IMG/VR virus record: IMGVR_UViG_3300042691_032784
Span: 17,153-81,152 of that record
Strand: one strand, 5' to 3'
DNA length: 64,000 nt
Origin: a virus
Each line of letters opens with the position of its first letter. Positions within the stretch are counted from its first letter, which is position 1. The notes below the pieces were generated by a model. The model saw only the letters and a program-made list of their open reading frames with translations. It did not search any database and was not told the DNA's origin. Positions 31,965-41,177 of this stretch are shown piece by piece. The translations under genes were made by a program, and so were the position numbers.

Positions 31965-33306
31965 AAATAATATTAAGTTTAGAAGTTCTAGAAAGAGCTA
32001 CATAAATAAGTTTACGTCTTTCACTAGCAGTTCTATTTTTTAATAAATCACTAAGTAATATAGATACATTTTCATAAGTACTTCCTTGAGATTTATGTAC
32101 AGTTATTGCATAACCGTAGTCTAAATCTTTACTAGCAACTAAAGAACCATGTTCATCAATAATATCTTCAAAAAGACAAATAGGGTCTTTAAAATCATAA
32201 AATTGTTTCCATCTTCTTTGAGTTTTACCAATATTAAGTCTAATATTATATTCTTTAATAAAATCTTCATAACTATCTGGATGTAAAATAAATACAGGTA
32301 AAGAACAATCTTTAAATTCTACTGAATATCCTTTTAATTTTACTCCTAAAATAACATTATCGATAATTCTTACTTGAGATACAATATAATCTGCTGAATT
32401 TTCAATTATAGGAATATAATAAGGAGCTACTTTAATCTCTTTAGTAATAGATTTATAACCCATTAAAATATCACCTACTTCAATTAATTCATTTGATTGA
32501 ATAATTTTACCTCTAATATATCTGTTTAAAACTTTAACAGTTTTATTAGTCCAAGCAATAGTTTTAACAATATCAGGATTTTGATTATATTCTGCATCAT
32601 AATATTTTTCTACAGTAGCATCATAAAATTCAGCTTTTTCTAATCTTTTAAATCCTTCATTTTCATTAATATCTATTTTAATATCTGTAAGATATTGCAT
32701 AATATTATCTGTTTCATCTCGTACATCATTTCTAGCAATCTCAATTAATTTTTGATTAGGATTACTATTAGATTGTCTAACAATAGTTTCTAAATTAACT
32801 ATATTAGTTAATAAGAATACTTTACTTATTTTTTCGTTTACAGGAGGTAATTGATATTTATCTCCCATAAATATTACTTTTACTTTATGTTTAACAGCTT
32901 TTTCATATATTAAATCAATAATAGCACTATTAAGCATAGATGCTTCATCTATTACTAATATTTGATAATATTGAATTGTTTCTTCAGCTAGTTGCATAAA
33001 GATTGGTTTATTAGGATTGAAATCTTCTATTTCAACATTAGGTCTTAATCCTAATAATTTTTGAATCGTCTCAGCAGGACGATTAGTAGACTTAGCTATA
33101 ACTTTTTTAGCTTTATGAGTAGGGGCAGAAACTACAACTTTTTTATGTTTAAGATTTTGTAATATAATATTCATTACAGTAGTTTTACCTGTTCCAGCAT
33201 AACCACTTAATGTAATAAAATAATCATCTTCTCTTTTAAAAATTCTATTTTCTGCCCAACTTTTAATAGTATTAGCCGCTACTTCTTGGTCTGGGGTTAA
33301 TATCAT
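31957..33306 (-). CDS. Dda/RecD-like SF1B helicase
   Basis: GYAGTGKT, SAPTHKA, IDEASM, GDKYQLPPV, YAITVHKSQGSTY, YVALSR. Confidence 0.92.
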   Translation of the reverse strand: MILTPDQEVAANTIKSWAENRIFKREDDYFITLSGYAGTGKTTVMNIILQNLKHKKVVVSAPTHKAKKVIAKSTNRPAETIQKLLGLRPNVEIEDFNPNKPIFMQLAEETIQYYQILVIDEASMLNSAIIDLIYEKAVKHKVKVIFMGDKYQLPPVNEKISKVFLLTNIVNLETIVRQSNSNPNQKLIEIARNDVRDETDNIMQYLTDIKIDINENEGFKRLEKAEFYDATVEKYYDAEYNQNPDIVKTIAWTNKTVKVLNRYIRGKIIQSNELIEVGDILMGYKSITKEIKVAPYYIPIIENSADYIVSQVRIIDNVILGVKLKGYSVEFKDCSLPVFILHPDSYEDFIKEYNIRLNIGKTQRRWKQFYDFKDPICLFEDIIDEHGSLVASKDLDYGYAITVHKSQGSTYENVSILLSDLLKNRTASERRKLIYVALSRTSKLNIIYA

Positions 33307-33307
33307 A

Positions 33308-33976
33308 TTAATATATATCTTGAATTTCTCCTTTTATCCAAGATTGAAATTTAACATCAGTTAATAACATAATTAAAACAACATCTGTTGTTGCTTCTAC
33401 ATCCTGCATAGCATCATGAGCATTATATTTATCACTTAATTTAGTTTTAAAGTAATATTCATATAATGCTTCTAGTTTAGGAAATTTATAAGTTCCTGGA
33501 TAACTAGGATTAGGAAGTTTAACAATATTAGTATTATATTTCATAGTGCAAAAAGCTCTACAATTTTTTTTAGCAAGAGGTGTAATACCAAGTCTTAATA
33601 ATTCAGATGCCATAACATTTCTATCAAATTGAATATTATGAGCAATAATAAAATCTACAGAATTAGTATAACCTTGAAACATAAAAGCTACATCAATAAT
33701 ATTTTTACCTTCTTCAAAAGCTTTATCAAAAGATATATTATGTACTTTAAATGCTTCTTTATCTTGTTTTAATTCTTTATTTTCTCTAATAGGTAATATT
33801 AGATGATTAAAAGTATGAATTACTTTAGGATTAAAATCATTAACTGTTTCGTCAATTTCAATAATTTTACCTGCAAGTTGTAAAACATGAGGATAATTAT
33901 TTAAATCATCTTCTGCTTTTGAATAATGTTTTGGTTTACCGTTTGTTTCAGTATCAAAAATAAGTATTTTTTTCAT
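33308..33976 (-). CDS. DEDDh (DnaQ-like) 3'-5' exonuclease
   Basis: FDTETNG, AHNIQFD, AHDAMQD. Confidence 0.9.
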   Translation of the reverse strand: MKKILIFDTETNGKPKHYSKAEDDLNNYPHVLQLAGKIIEIDETVNDFNPKVIHTFNHLILPIRENKELKQDKEAFKVHNISFDKAFEEGKNIIDVAFMFQGYTNSVDFIIAHNIQFDRNVMASELLRLGITPLAKKNCRAFCTMKYNTNIVKLPNPSYPGTYKFPKLEALYEYYFKTKLSDKYNAHDAMQDVEATTDVVLIMLLTDVKFQSWIKGEIQDIY

Positions 33977-33980
33977 AGTA

Positions 33981-34148
33981 TTATTTGTTTTTTAATCGTT
34001 TAGTTAAATAACATACAACACAAATAATACCTGTTTTAGAATAAGTAGTATTAATAACTTTAACATAAGTTTCTTCGTTATTAAGACTATTTAATTCATT
34101 TTCTACTTCATTTGGAATGCCTGTAATTACTTTAAATTTACCTTCCAT
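33981..34148 (-). CDS. Small hypothetical protein (55 aa, MEGKFKVITGIPNEVE...), absent from ORF track
   Basis: Manual translation; fills operon gap. Confidence 0.6.
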   Translation of the reverse strand: MEGKFKVITGIPNEVENELNSLNNEETYVKVINTTYSKTGIICVVCYLTKRLKNK

Positions 34149-34185
34149 TTGTTTTATTTTATTTTGGATTAAAATTAAGTTAGTT

Positions 34186-34440
34186 TTAATTAGATTTATA
34201 ACAAGTAAATTCTTTAGGAATTTTATTAATATTAGTAGTAATATGAGTCATTGGTTCAGCAATGTCTTTACATTCATTTTTACCTACAAAATATGTAGTA
34301 TGTACAATTTGTCCTTTATCATTAGTAGATTGCCAAGTTACTGGGTCTGTAACTAATATACAATCACAAGGATTATAATCAGGACAATCATGAGAACAAC
34401 TTATAGTAATTAAACTTAATAATACAAATACTTTTTTCAT
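34186..34440 (-). CDS. Small Cys-rich lipoprotein
   Basis: MKKVFVLLSLITIS-C signal peptide II/lipobox. Confidence 0.75.
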   Translation of the reverse strand: MKKVFVLLSLITISCSHDCPDYNPCDCILVTDPVTWQSTNDKGQIVHTTYFVGKNECKDIAEPMTHITTNINKIPKEFTCYKSN

Positions 34441-34736
34441 CTTTTTTTCTTTTTTTTAATTACTCTTTTAATTGGTTTAGAACTTAATTTTTGTTGTTTT
34501 AATTTTTCAACTAATTTATTAAATTCCTCAACATATTTAACTTGTTTAAAAATTAATCTAGTTTTATAAGCATATTCTGCTTTTAAATCATTAAGATAAT
34601 CTGAATTAATTTCTGTTCTAGTTATTTTTTCTATTTGAGTTTTTAAATAACCAATAGACATATCTTTAATAGGATATTCTCTATTAAATACTTGAGGGTA
34701 ATTTTCATGTTCTAATTTAATTTTATCTAAACTCAT
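34437..34736 (-). CDS. Hypothetical basic protein
   Basis: 99-aa ORF with Lys-rich tail. Confidence 0.65.
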   Translation of the reverse strand: MSLDKIKLEHENYPQVFNREYPIKDMSIGYLKTQIEKITRTEINSDYLNDLKAEYAYKTRLIFKQVKYVEEFNKLVEKLKQQKLSSKPIKRVIKKKKKR

Positions 34737-34748
34737 AGTACTATTATA

Positions 34749-35090
34749 TTAATTAGTTTCTTGTTCAATAAAAGTTAATAATACAAAATCTTCTTTTACA
34801 ATAGTAAAAAGTATATTATATTTAACTTTTTCTTTAGGACGATTAAGAGAATCTTTTAATTGAAGAACTAATGGTATTTTATTTTCAATATCATTAGTAT
34901 TTTTATAGAAATAAATTAATCTAGGATTTTCATGTTTACTAAAGTAACCTTCTCTAATAGTAAAATTTTCAGATTCTTTATTTAATCTGTTTAATAATTT
35001 ACTACGATGAGCATCTTTATAATAACTATGATTTTTAGCTAAAATTTCTCCTTGTTCTACTAAATATTTAATTATTAGAGGATTCTTCAT
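34749..35090 (-). CDS. Hypothetical protein
   Basis: 113-aa ORF. Confidence 0.65.
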   Translation of the reverse strand: MKNPLIIKYLVEQGEILAKNHSYYKDAHRSKLLNRLNKESENFTIREGYFSKHENPRLIYFYKNTNDIENKIPLVLQLKDSLNRPKEKVKYNILFTIVKEDFVLLTFIEQETN

Positions 35091-35388
35091 AATTGATAAT
35101 ACCTATAATATAATCAGATTTAATAGTTTTAAGATTTTCATAACCTTCTACCGGTAAATCAAAACGGTCTACACTATTAAACTGATAAATAATAATAGTA
35201 TCAACTGTATAAACAGAACTATGTGATTTAATAACTTTACCTATTCTAAGAAATTTTTCTTTTTTAAGTTTATCAATAGTTTCTTGTGGTAATCTAACAC
35301 CTCCTTGTGTTTCTTGAACTTGTACAGGTTCTTCTTCTATTAATAAGAAGCTTGGTTTTAATGAAATTTGTTCTAATTTTAATGACAT
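35068..35388 (-). CDS. GroES/Cpn10-like co-chaperonin
   Basis: LLIEE...ETQGGVRLP mobile loop, GKVI, IKSDYIIGII; 106 aa. Confidence 0.7.
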   Translation of the reverse strand: MSLKLEQISLKPSFLLIEEEPVQVQETQGGVRLPQETIDKLKKEKFLRIGKVIKSHSSVYTVDTIIIYQFNSVDRFDLPVEGYENLKTIKSDYIIGIINYEESSNN

Positions 35389-35628
35389 AATTTATATTAC
35401 TTTTTGATTTAACAATAACAGTTTTACACACTAGATTTTCTTTTAGTGTAACTTATAATCCTCTAATACATTTAGTTGTATTATCTATTTCTAGCATTAT
35501 TATAAGAAATTGTTTCAACTTTTATTTATACACGTTTAAGTCACTATTAATTGGCATCACAATAGGCGTGAATTATAATAGTTAATCATCAGATTGTTTT
35601 CGTGTTTGATTATAAGAATCTTTTAAAT

Positions 35629-35892
35629 TTATTTTACTTTTATACTTTCTAAATAAGTACCAATAGTATAAAATAATACTTCTAATGATTCATCTGTTAA
35701 TCCAATACAAGTATTAATTATATCATCTTTTACAAAAGTATCTGCACATTTTATATCTAAATTTTCATATTTAGTTAAAGGTCTTTTAATTATAATTAAA
35801 TTACCTTTAGGTTTTTTAATTACAATAACTTCTCTTTTTCTCTTAAATTTACTAATAACTCCATTAGGATGGGTAGTTGTATTTATTTTCAT
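35629..35892 (-). CDS. Hypothetical protein
   Basis: 87-aa ORF. Confidence 0.65.
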   Translation of the reverse strand: MKINTTTHPNGVISKFKRKREVIVIKKPKGNLIIIKRPLTKYENLDIKCADTFVKDDIINTCIGLTDESLEVLFYTIGTYLESIKVK

Positions 35893-35914
35893 AAATTATG
35901 ATTTATTAATTATA

Positions 35915-36202
35915 TTAAATTGCTATTTTTAAAGCTAATTCAAATTCTTCTTTAGATTGAATAAGTGTATTAGACAATGATTTTCTTGTATTCCAATTAG
36001 CAGTTATAGAAAGAAATATACCATATTTATCATCTCTATTAAATACTAATTGTCTATAATCTTTACCTAATTTACCATAACTTCTTGATTCTACAACCCA
36101 ATGTTTATTATTATAAACACCATATTGACCATCATCTTTTATTTTATAATAACCTAAAGAATCTAAATATTCTTCAGTTAAATATGTATTATCTATATTC
36201 AT
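35915..36202 (-). CDS. Hypothetical protein
   Basis: 95-aa ORF. Confidence 0.65.
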   Translation of the reverse strand: MNIDNTYLTEEYLDSLGYYKIKDDGQYGVYNNKHWVVESRSYGKLGKDYRQLVFNRDDKYGIFLSITANWNTRKSLSNTLIQSKEEFELALKIAI

Positions 36203-36211
36203 ATTTATTAA

Positions 36212-36610
36212 TTATAATTTATTAGTTATAATTAAAGCATCAGTTAATATCATAGAATTATTTGCACTATAATGCAAAGGAAGAATATTATATATTTTAT
36301 ATCCTTTATTTGTTAATTCAATAATTTTATCTTGAATTGTAATAAATCTAGGAATAGATATAGAATAATGATGTAATTCTTTTTCTTGATTGTTAATATT
36401 TACTGGATTATCTAAAAAATTAGATTGTAAAACTTCAATTAGTTTTATAACTGATTCATTATCTAATTCAATATAAGATTCACTAGCTTGAATAAGTAGT
36501 GATTTACCTCGTATTTTTTCCCCGTAGAAGGAATGTAGTGTTATGTTTGAACCAACTGATATTTTTTCTTTATCAGTAATTCCATAAAATTTAGCTAATT
36601 GTGTACTCAT
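36212..36610 (-). CDS. Hypothetical protein
   Basis: 132-aa ORF. Confidence 0.65.
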   Translation of the reverse strand: MSTQLAKFYGITDKEKISVGSNITLHSFYGEKIRGKSLLIQASESYIELDNESVIKLIEVLQSNFLDNPVNINNQEKELHHYSISIPRFITIQDKIIELTNKGYKIYNILPLHYSANNSMILTDALIITNKL

Positions 36611-37124
36611 AGTATTATAATTATTAGTTAATATTTATTTTAAGTTCCAACACTATTTCTAAGTGGGAAATATTCATAATTTTATATTTTAGATAAAATT
36701 ATAAGACTTTAAATTAAGCGATTTAAGACATTCATTTTTAAACTAATATTATAATATTATATAGGTACTAAAATGCAAAGCCGGTAAGCTATGTGGCTGT
36801 ACCGGCAAATTGCATCTTAAAAACAAACGAAATCAGACATAACCAAAAGTAATATATTGTATTATCATTAAAATCTTTAGCACCATCTCAATTTGTATCT
36901 CTCCCAATTTTAGATTTATTAATTCTAAAAGATACTCTTATTAATGGTCTAGCTGGTAACTCCTCACACGTCAACAGTTTATATAACTACGGGATCATGT
37001 AGTTATTAGACTTATGTTCACTCTCAAATACCATATCAAGTGCTGTGTGGATAATCTTATACATAAATTAGTTTATATGCTTTCGAATTATCTTTATTAA
37101 GGTCATAGGTTTAACCTGTATTTA

Positions 37125-37325
37125 TTATTCTTTTATTTTAAATTGCCAATTTTGAGAATCAGCTAATTTTGAAGCATTTTTAGCTTCATTAATAGCATTT
37201 TCTCTTTCTTTACTACTTAAATCACTTATTTTAGTATAAGTAATTGATGTTGTAATTGCTGGTGCAGTATTACCTGTTTTACTACAAGTTGGAATTACTA
37301 CTACGAATTTAAGTTTTTTCTTCAT
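37125..37325 (-). CDS. Hypothetical protein
   Basis: 66-aa ORF. Confidence 0.65.
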   Translation of the reverse strand: MKKKLKFVVVIPTCSKTGNTAPAITTSITYTKISDLSSKERENAINEAKNASKLADSQNWQFKIKE

Positions 37326-37391
37326 TTTGTTGTTTTAATTTATTAATAATATGTTTTAAGAACAATATTTTTTATTTATTAGGTTTTTATA

Positions 37392-37541
37392 TTAATGTTT
37401 TACTACTCGTTTAATACGAGTATAATTATCAGGATTATAACAATGTAAAATACATAAACTTCTAATACAACTTTGTTGTATACTATTAGTAGAATATACT
37501 AATTGTCCTACTGCAATTCTAGGTCTTTTACTTTTAGACAT
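37392..37541 (-). CDS. Small hypothetical protein (49 aa, MSKSKRPRIAVG...), absent from ORF track
   Basis: Manual translation; starts right after the upstream stop. Confidence 0.5.
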   Translation of the reverse strand: MSKSKRPRIAVGQLVYSTNSIQQSCIRSLCILHCYNPDNYTRIKRVVKH

Positions 37542-37542
37542 A

Positions 37543-37917
37543 TTATATTTGTTTAGTTAAACAATTAATAATATATAAAGCAAATTGATTTTGAATAGAT
37601 TTAGCTTTATCTGCTCTAAGATTGTGACCATCTGTACCAGTTAAATTACCCCAACCACGTAAAATAATTAATACTTTACTACCTGATTTAATTAAACTAC
37701 CTTCAACAGATAAATCAGGAAAATATTGTTGTACTTTAAGATTATTATTAATAGCATGAAGTACTTCTTTTTTAGTTTCATTAGAAAGATATATACCATT
37801 AGTATCATCTTCTTCACTGAATTGAAATGCCATTTCATTATCTTTAGTTAGAACAGTATCATCTAATACTAAATCTTGTTTTAATGGGAATTTGTAATAC
37901 ATTTTAAATGCTTCCAT
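37543..37917 (-). CDS. Hypothetical phage protein
   Basis: 124 aa with a conserved-looking LRGWGNLTG motif. Confidence 0.7.
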   Translation of the reverse strand: MEAFKMYYKFPLKQDLVLDDTVLTKDNEMAFQFSEEDDTNGIYLSNETKKEVLHAINNNLKVQQYFPDLSVEGSLIKSGSKVLIILRGWGNLTGTDGHNLRADKAKSIQNQFALYIINCLTKQI

Positions 37918-38138
37918 GATTATGTTAGTTTTCGTTATTAATTAGAAGGTCTATTTTACCTTCTCGCACAATGCTATAAAATTATAGCTACTTACATTAA
38001 TATTAGCATTATGGTTTAGCTAATAAAGTATTGCTACTTGTAAGGCAATTATCTACTTAACGACTTATAGTAAAATAATTGCTGCCACTTCTATTACTCG
38101 TTTCCGGCATAAAGTAATAGATTTATTAACTCCAGTAG

Positions 38139-38513
38139 CTATGAGTCTACTGTGTTTAATGTTTTAATATAATTCTTTAATATTTTATCAAATCTACTTA
38201 ATGTTTTAGTACATTTTCGTAGACAATAATATTTAATAAGAGAATCAGTAATATGTTTATATGTTTTTTCTAAATCATCAAACATACTAGGAATGTTTTT
38301 AACTCTTTGAAGTTCTTCTTCAGGAACTTTAGAATATTTATTATAAATAAAACTACTTTCACTAAGAAATAATTTTGCTTCATCAATACTAGAAGTAGCA
38401 TAAACATTTCTAATTTTATCTGTAACTTTATAATAATTATCTTTAAGTTCTATAGTAAAATTATTAGATTCTAATAATTCTATTAATTTAAGACCTGATA
38501 TATGAGTAATCAT
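38139..38513 (-). CDS. Hypothetical protein
   Basis: 124-aa ORF. Confidence 0.65.
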   Translation of the reverse strand: MITHISGLKLIELLESNNFTIELKDNYYKVTDKIRNVYATSSIDEAKLFLSESSFIYNKYSKVPEEELQRVKNIPSMFDDLEKTYKHITDSLIKYYCLRKCTKTLSRFDKILKNYIKTLNTVDS

Positions 38514-38519
38514 AATAAT

Positions 38520-38942
38520 TTAATTTAGTGTTGGATAATTATCTATTAAAGTTAAAGGTTTAATGTATTTACCTGCATATACTATATTTATAGGATGAAG
38601 TTTATCTGTAGTATAAATATATTTATAATAAATACCTTTAGCTAAAATAATATCATCTGGTACTATTGAAAATTCATCAGTAATACATTGAGGTATAATA
38701 GGTTTATTATTATCAATATATAAACTTGTATATTCATAATATAAATTCTTATAATTAGAATCAAATTTAGAAGAATTAGATAATTTAAAAATTATAATTT
38801 TAATAGTATCTGATTTAATAGTATCTGATTTAATACTATTAATATTTTTTTCTTCTAATATAGGAGCTTTTTTAATATTGTAATAAAATACAATAAATGA
38901 TGTTATCATCAATACTATTAATATGATTATGATTGTTTGCAT
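38520..38942 (-). CDS. Hypothetical membrane-anchored protein
   Basis: N-terminal TM helix; IKSDT duplication. Confidence 0.65.
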   Translation of the reverse strand: MQTIIIILIVLMITSFIVFYYNIKKAPILEEKNINSIKSDTIKSDTIKIIIFKLSNSSKFDSNYKNLYYEYTSLYIDNNKPIIPQCITDEFSIVPDDIILAKGIYYKYIYTTDKLHPINIVYAGKYIKPLTLIDNYPTLN

Positions 38943-38946
38943 TTGT

Positions 38947-39222
38947 TTAAGGATTAAAAGTTATAATTGATTCATATCTTATTATTCCATCTATTTCATA
39001 TCTTTTTGATATTTTAAAAGGTATATTAAAATCTTTAGCATCAAATAAGTTATGTATTAATTCTTTAGCTTTATTATGTGGTAATATAATAGATTTAAAG
39101 TTTATATCATTACCTGCTATAAAATTAATAAGTGGAAGGTCTGATGTAATGTCTACTTCATATACTTGGTCAGTAGATATTGATAGTTTTGTGTAAAGTT
39201 TGTCTGATTTATTTAAGTACAT
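38947..39222 (-). CDS. Hypothetical protein
   Basis: 91-aa ORF. Confidence 0.6.
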   Translation of the reverse strand: MYLNKSDKLYTKLSISTDQVYEVDITSDLPLINFIAGNDINFKSIILPHNKAKELIHNLFDAKDFNIPFKISKRYEIDGIIRYESIITFNP

Positions 39223-39240
39223 GATTAAGTTAATTTGTAC

Positions 39241-39646
39241 TGTTAGTATTATGTTTTGTGGTGTAGGTAAGTGGTTGATATTGAGTTAATAAGGGTTTAG
39301 GTGGTTTTTTGGGATTAATAGAATGAGTTAATGTATTATTAGAGTGATTAATATGGTTATTATTGGGTTTATGAGTGTGTGTAGGATTAGAGTTATGGTT
39401 GTTAGGATTAGGGAGATTTTGGTGTGAATTAGTAGGTAGATGAGTAGATGAATTATTATATGTTGTTATTACTATGAGTTATGGCAACTTAAGTAATTAT
39501 ATAAATAACGGTACATATAACTCAGGGTCTACGTGCTTATGCCTATGTCTTCTTTTACTCTTACAATCAACTCTAACACTACAACCCCATCTACTCCAAC
39601 ACCTAATCTCCCCTCTCCATTTTAACCAATAACTAATCAATCAACA
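39241..39646. other. Non-coding C-free tract (39241-39471) and G-free tract (39548-39646); candidate origin-associated element
   Basis: 231 nt without C, a 76-nt spacer, then 99 nt without G, read directly. Confidence 0.7.
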
Positions 39647-39777
39647 GTACTATGCCCATAATAAATCAAATTACCTAGTTAGTAATTTAATAATCAATCA
39701 ATAGTAATATAACCACAATATTCTACTGCCCAAACAATAGAATTTAATCAATCTTTAGTAATATATCAAACTTAATA

Positions 39778-40227
39778 TTATGTAGGCTTATTAGCCTTTA
39801 AATTATCAGGATAATTACTATTATCTTCTTTTTTAATAAACATATCACCATGACCTTTAAAAGATTCTTCCTCAGTAACAGGTCTAGTTCTTAAATCACT
39901 TAATGGTCTATTCATATCATGATTACGTTTATCTTTTTTATCTTGTAATATTTTATTCATAACATCAGCAAAATCTTTAATATCTTTTATTGCTTTATTT
40001 AGTTTAGTATAATACATAATAATATTATGTAAACATACTGCACCTAATGTTAAATTAACAACATTAAGAATAATTAAAGCAATTAAAGCATAAAGTCTTG
40101 CTAAAGTGGTTCTAACATTAACATCATCAAGAGTGATAATATTAAATGTGTGTGTTAGAATTAATACTTCGAATAGTAATACTAATAATAGTATTGAATA
40201 GAATGGAATAAGTTTATGAATTTTCAT
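39778..40227 (-). CDS. Hypothetical two-TM membrane protein
   Basis: Two hydrophobic helices and a charged tail. Confidence 0.65.
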   Translation of the reverse strand: MKIHKLIPFYSILLLVLLFEVLILTHTFNIITLDDVNVRTTLARLYALIALIILNVVNLTLGAVCLHNIIMYYTKLNKAIKDIKDFADVMNKILQDKKDKRNHDMNRPLSDLRTRPVTEEESFKGHGDMFIKKEDNSNYPDNLKANKPT

Positions 40228-40284
40228 TTTGATTATGTTTTAAATTATTTGTTTTATTAATACTTCGTTTACTTTTACAACCAG

Positions 40285-40318
40285 AAGCATACTCGCCACA
40301 TATGTAGCGAATATGCTT
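40285..40318 (-). other. 15-bp RNA stem-loop downstream of the 40982 gene (terminator or processing site)
   Basis: Minus strand AAGCATATTCGCTAC-ATAT-GTGGCGAGTATGCTT pairs fully with G.U wobbles; no U-tract. Confidence 0.6.
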
Positions 40319-40349
40319 GATTGTTATAGCCCGTACCTATTGTATGAGC

Positions 40350-40982
40350 TTATTTTTTGTTACCTTTTCCGGCAGGTTTACCAAAAGCTTCTGTTTCTAC
40401 TTCATCTTCTTCTTCAGCTTCAGAAGTATAACCTGCAAAAGGATTAGGTTGAGCAACAGGTTGAGCAACAGGTTGAGCAACGGCACCAAAAGAACTAATA
40501 CCCATAGATGCTAAAAAGCCTTTACCAATGGTATTAGCAATAGCTAAACGAGTTAGTTCCATATCAGTCAATGGAATATCCATAAAACCTTCAATACGTT
40601 GTCCGTCTTGTTGATAAGCAACTCTATCACCAATCTTTACTTTACCACTCAATTCATGAGTAGTAGTAGTAATAGCAGGATGTTTTTCATCGATAATATA
40701 AGTATCGCCTGCTTTATGATAAGAGATTTCAGTAGTTGCAATAGCACCTCTACAAGCATGTAATTCAGCTGTAAATTGAGGGTCTTCAACACTCACAACA
40801 CCAATAGCTCTACCGCTGTTTTGAAGAGAGATAAGAGCTTGTTGAGGATTAACAACAATATCCGGATGTCTAGTAACCATACCATTAGTAACTTGGTCAA
40901 CTGCAAAAATAACAACAGGACGTTTAACTTTAGTGTTCATAGGAATGATACGAACTCCATTAATTCTAAATTGTGTTTTCAT
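40350..40982 (-). CDS. Hypothetical protein, first gene of the leftward block, with AQPV repeats and acidic tail
   Basis: Likely start MKTQFRING at 40982; 12-bp repeat x3 at 40446-40481. Confidence 0.7.
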   Translation of the reverse strand: MKTQFRINGVRIIPMNTKVKRPVVIFAVDQVTNGMVTRHPDIVVNPQQALISLQNSGRAIGVVSVEDPQFTAELHACRGAIATTEISYHKAGDTYIIDEKHPAITTTTHELSGKVKIGDRVAYQQDGQRIEGFMDIPLTDMELTRLAIANTIGKGFLASMGISSFGAVAQPVAQPVAQPNPFAGYTSEAEEEDEVETEAFGKPAGKGNKK

Positions 40983-41177
40983 AATAAAATATATAAATAA
41001 ATAATAAAAGATTTTAGTAGCCACAAGGACTACTACAGAACGTGGTTAATGCTTAAACAAACAAGCAAAGCTATGTGTTAACACAAAATCTAAGCGAGTA
41101 TTATTAATTTAAGCATTATGCTTTGTAGAGATTTAAGCAAAGTAGTACGGGTACTTCAAAACCTCCAAAACTTAGTA

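Noticed and set aside
39241-39471. C-free tract as a bisulfite-like or sequencing artefact, or a cryptic ORF
   Set aside because: Mirror-image G-free tracts with shared words and skew extending into flanking genes argue it is genuine; no plausible ORF; read support cannot be checked here
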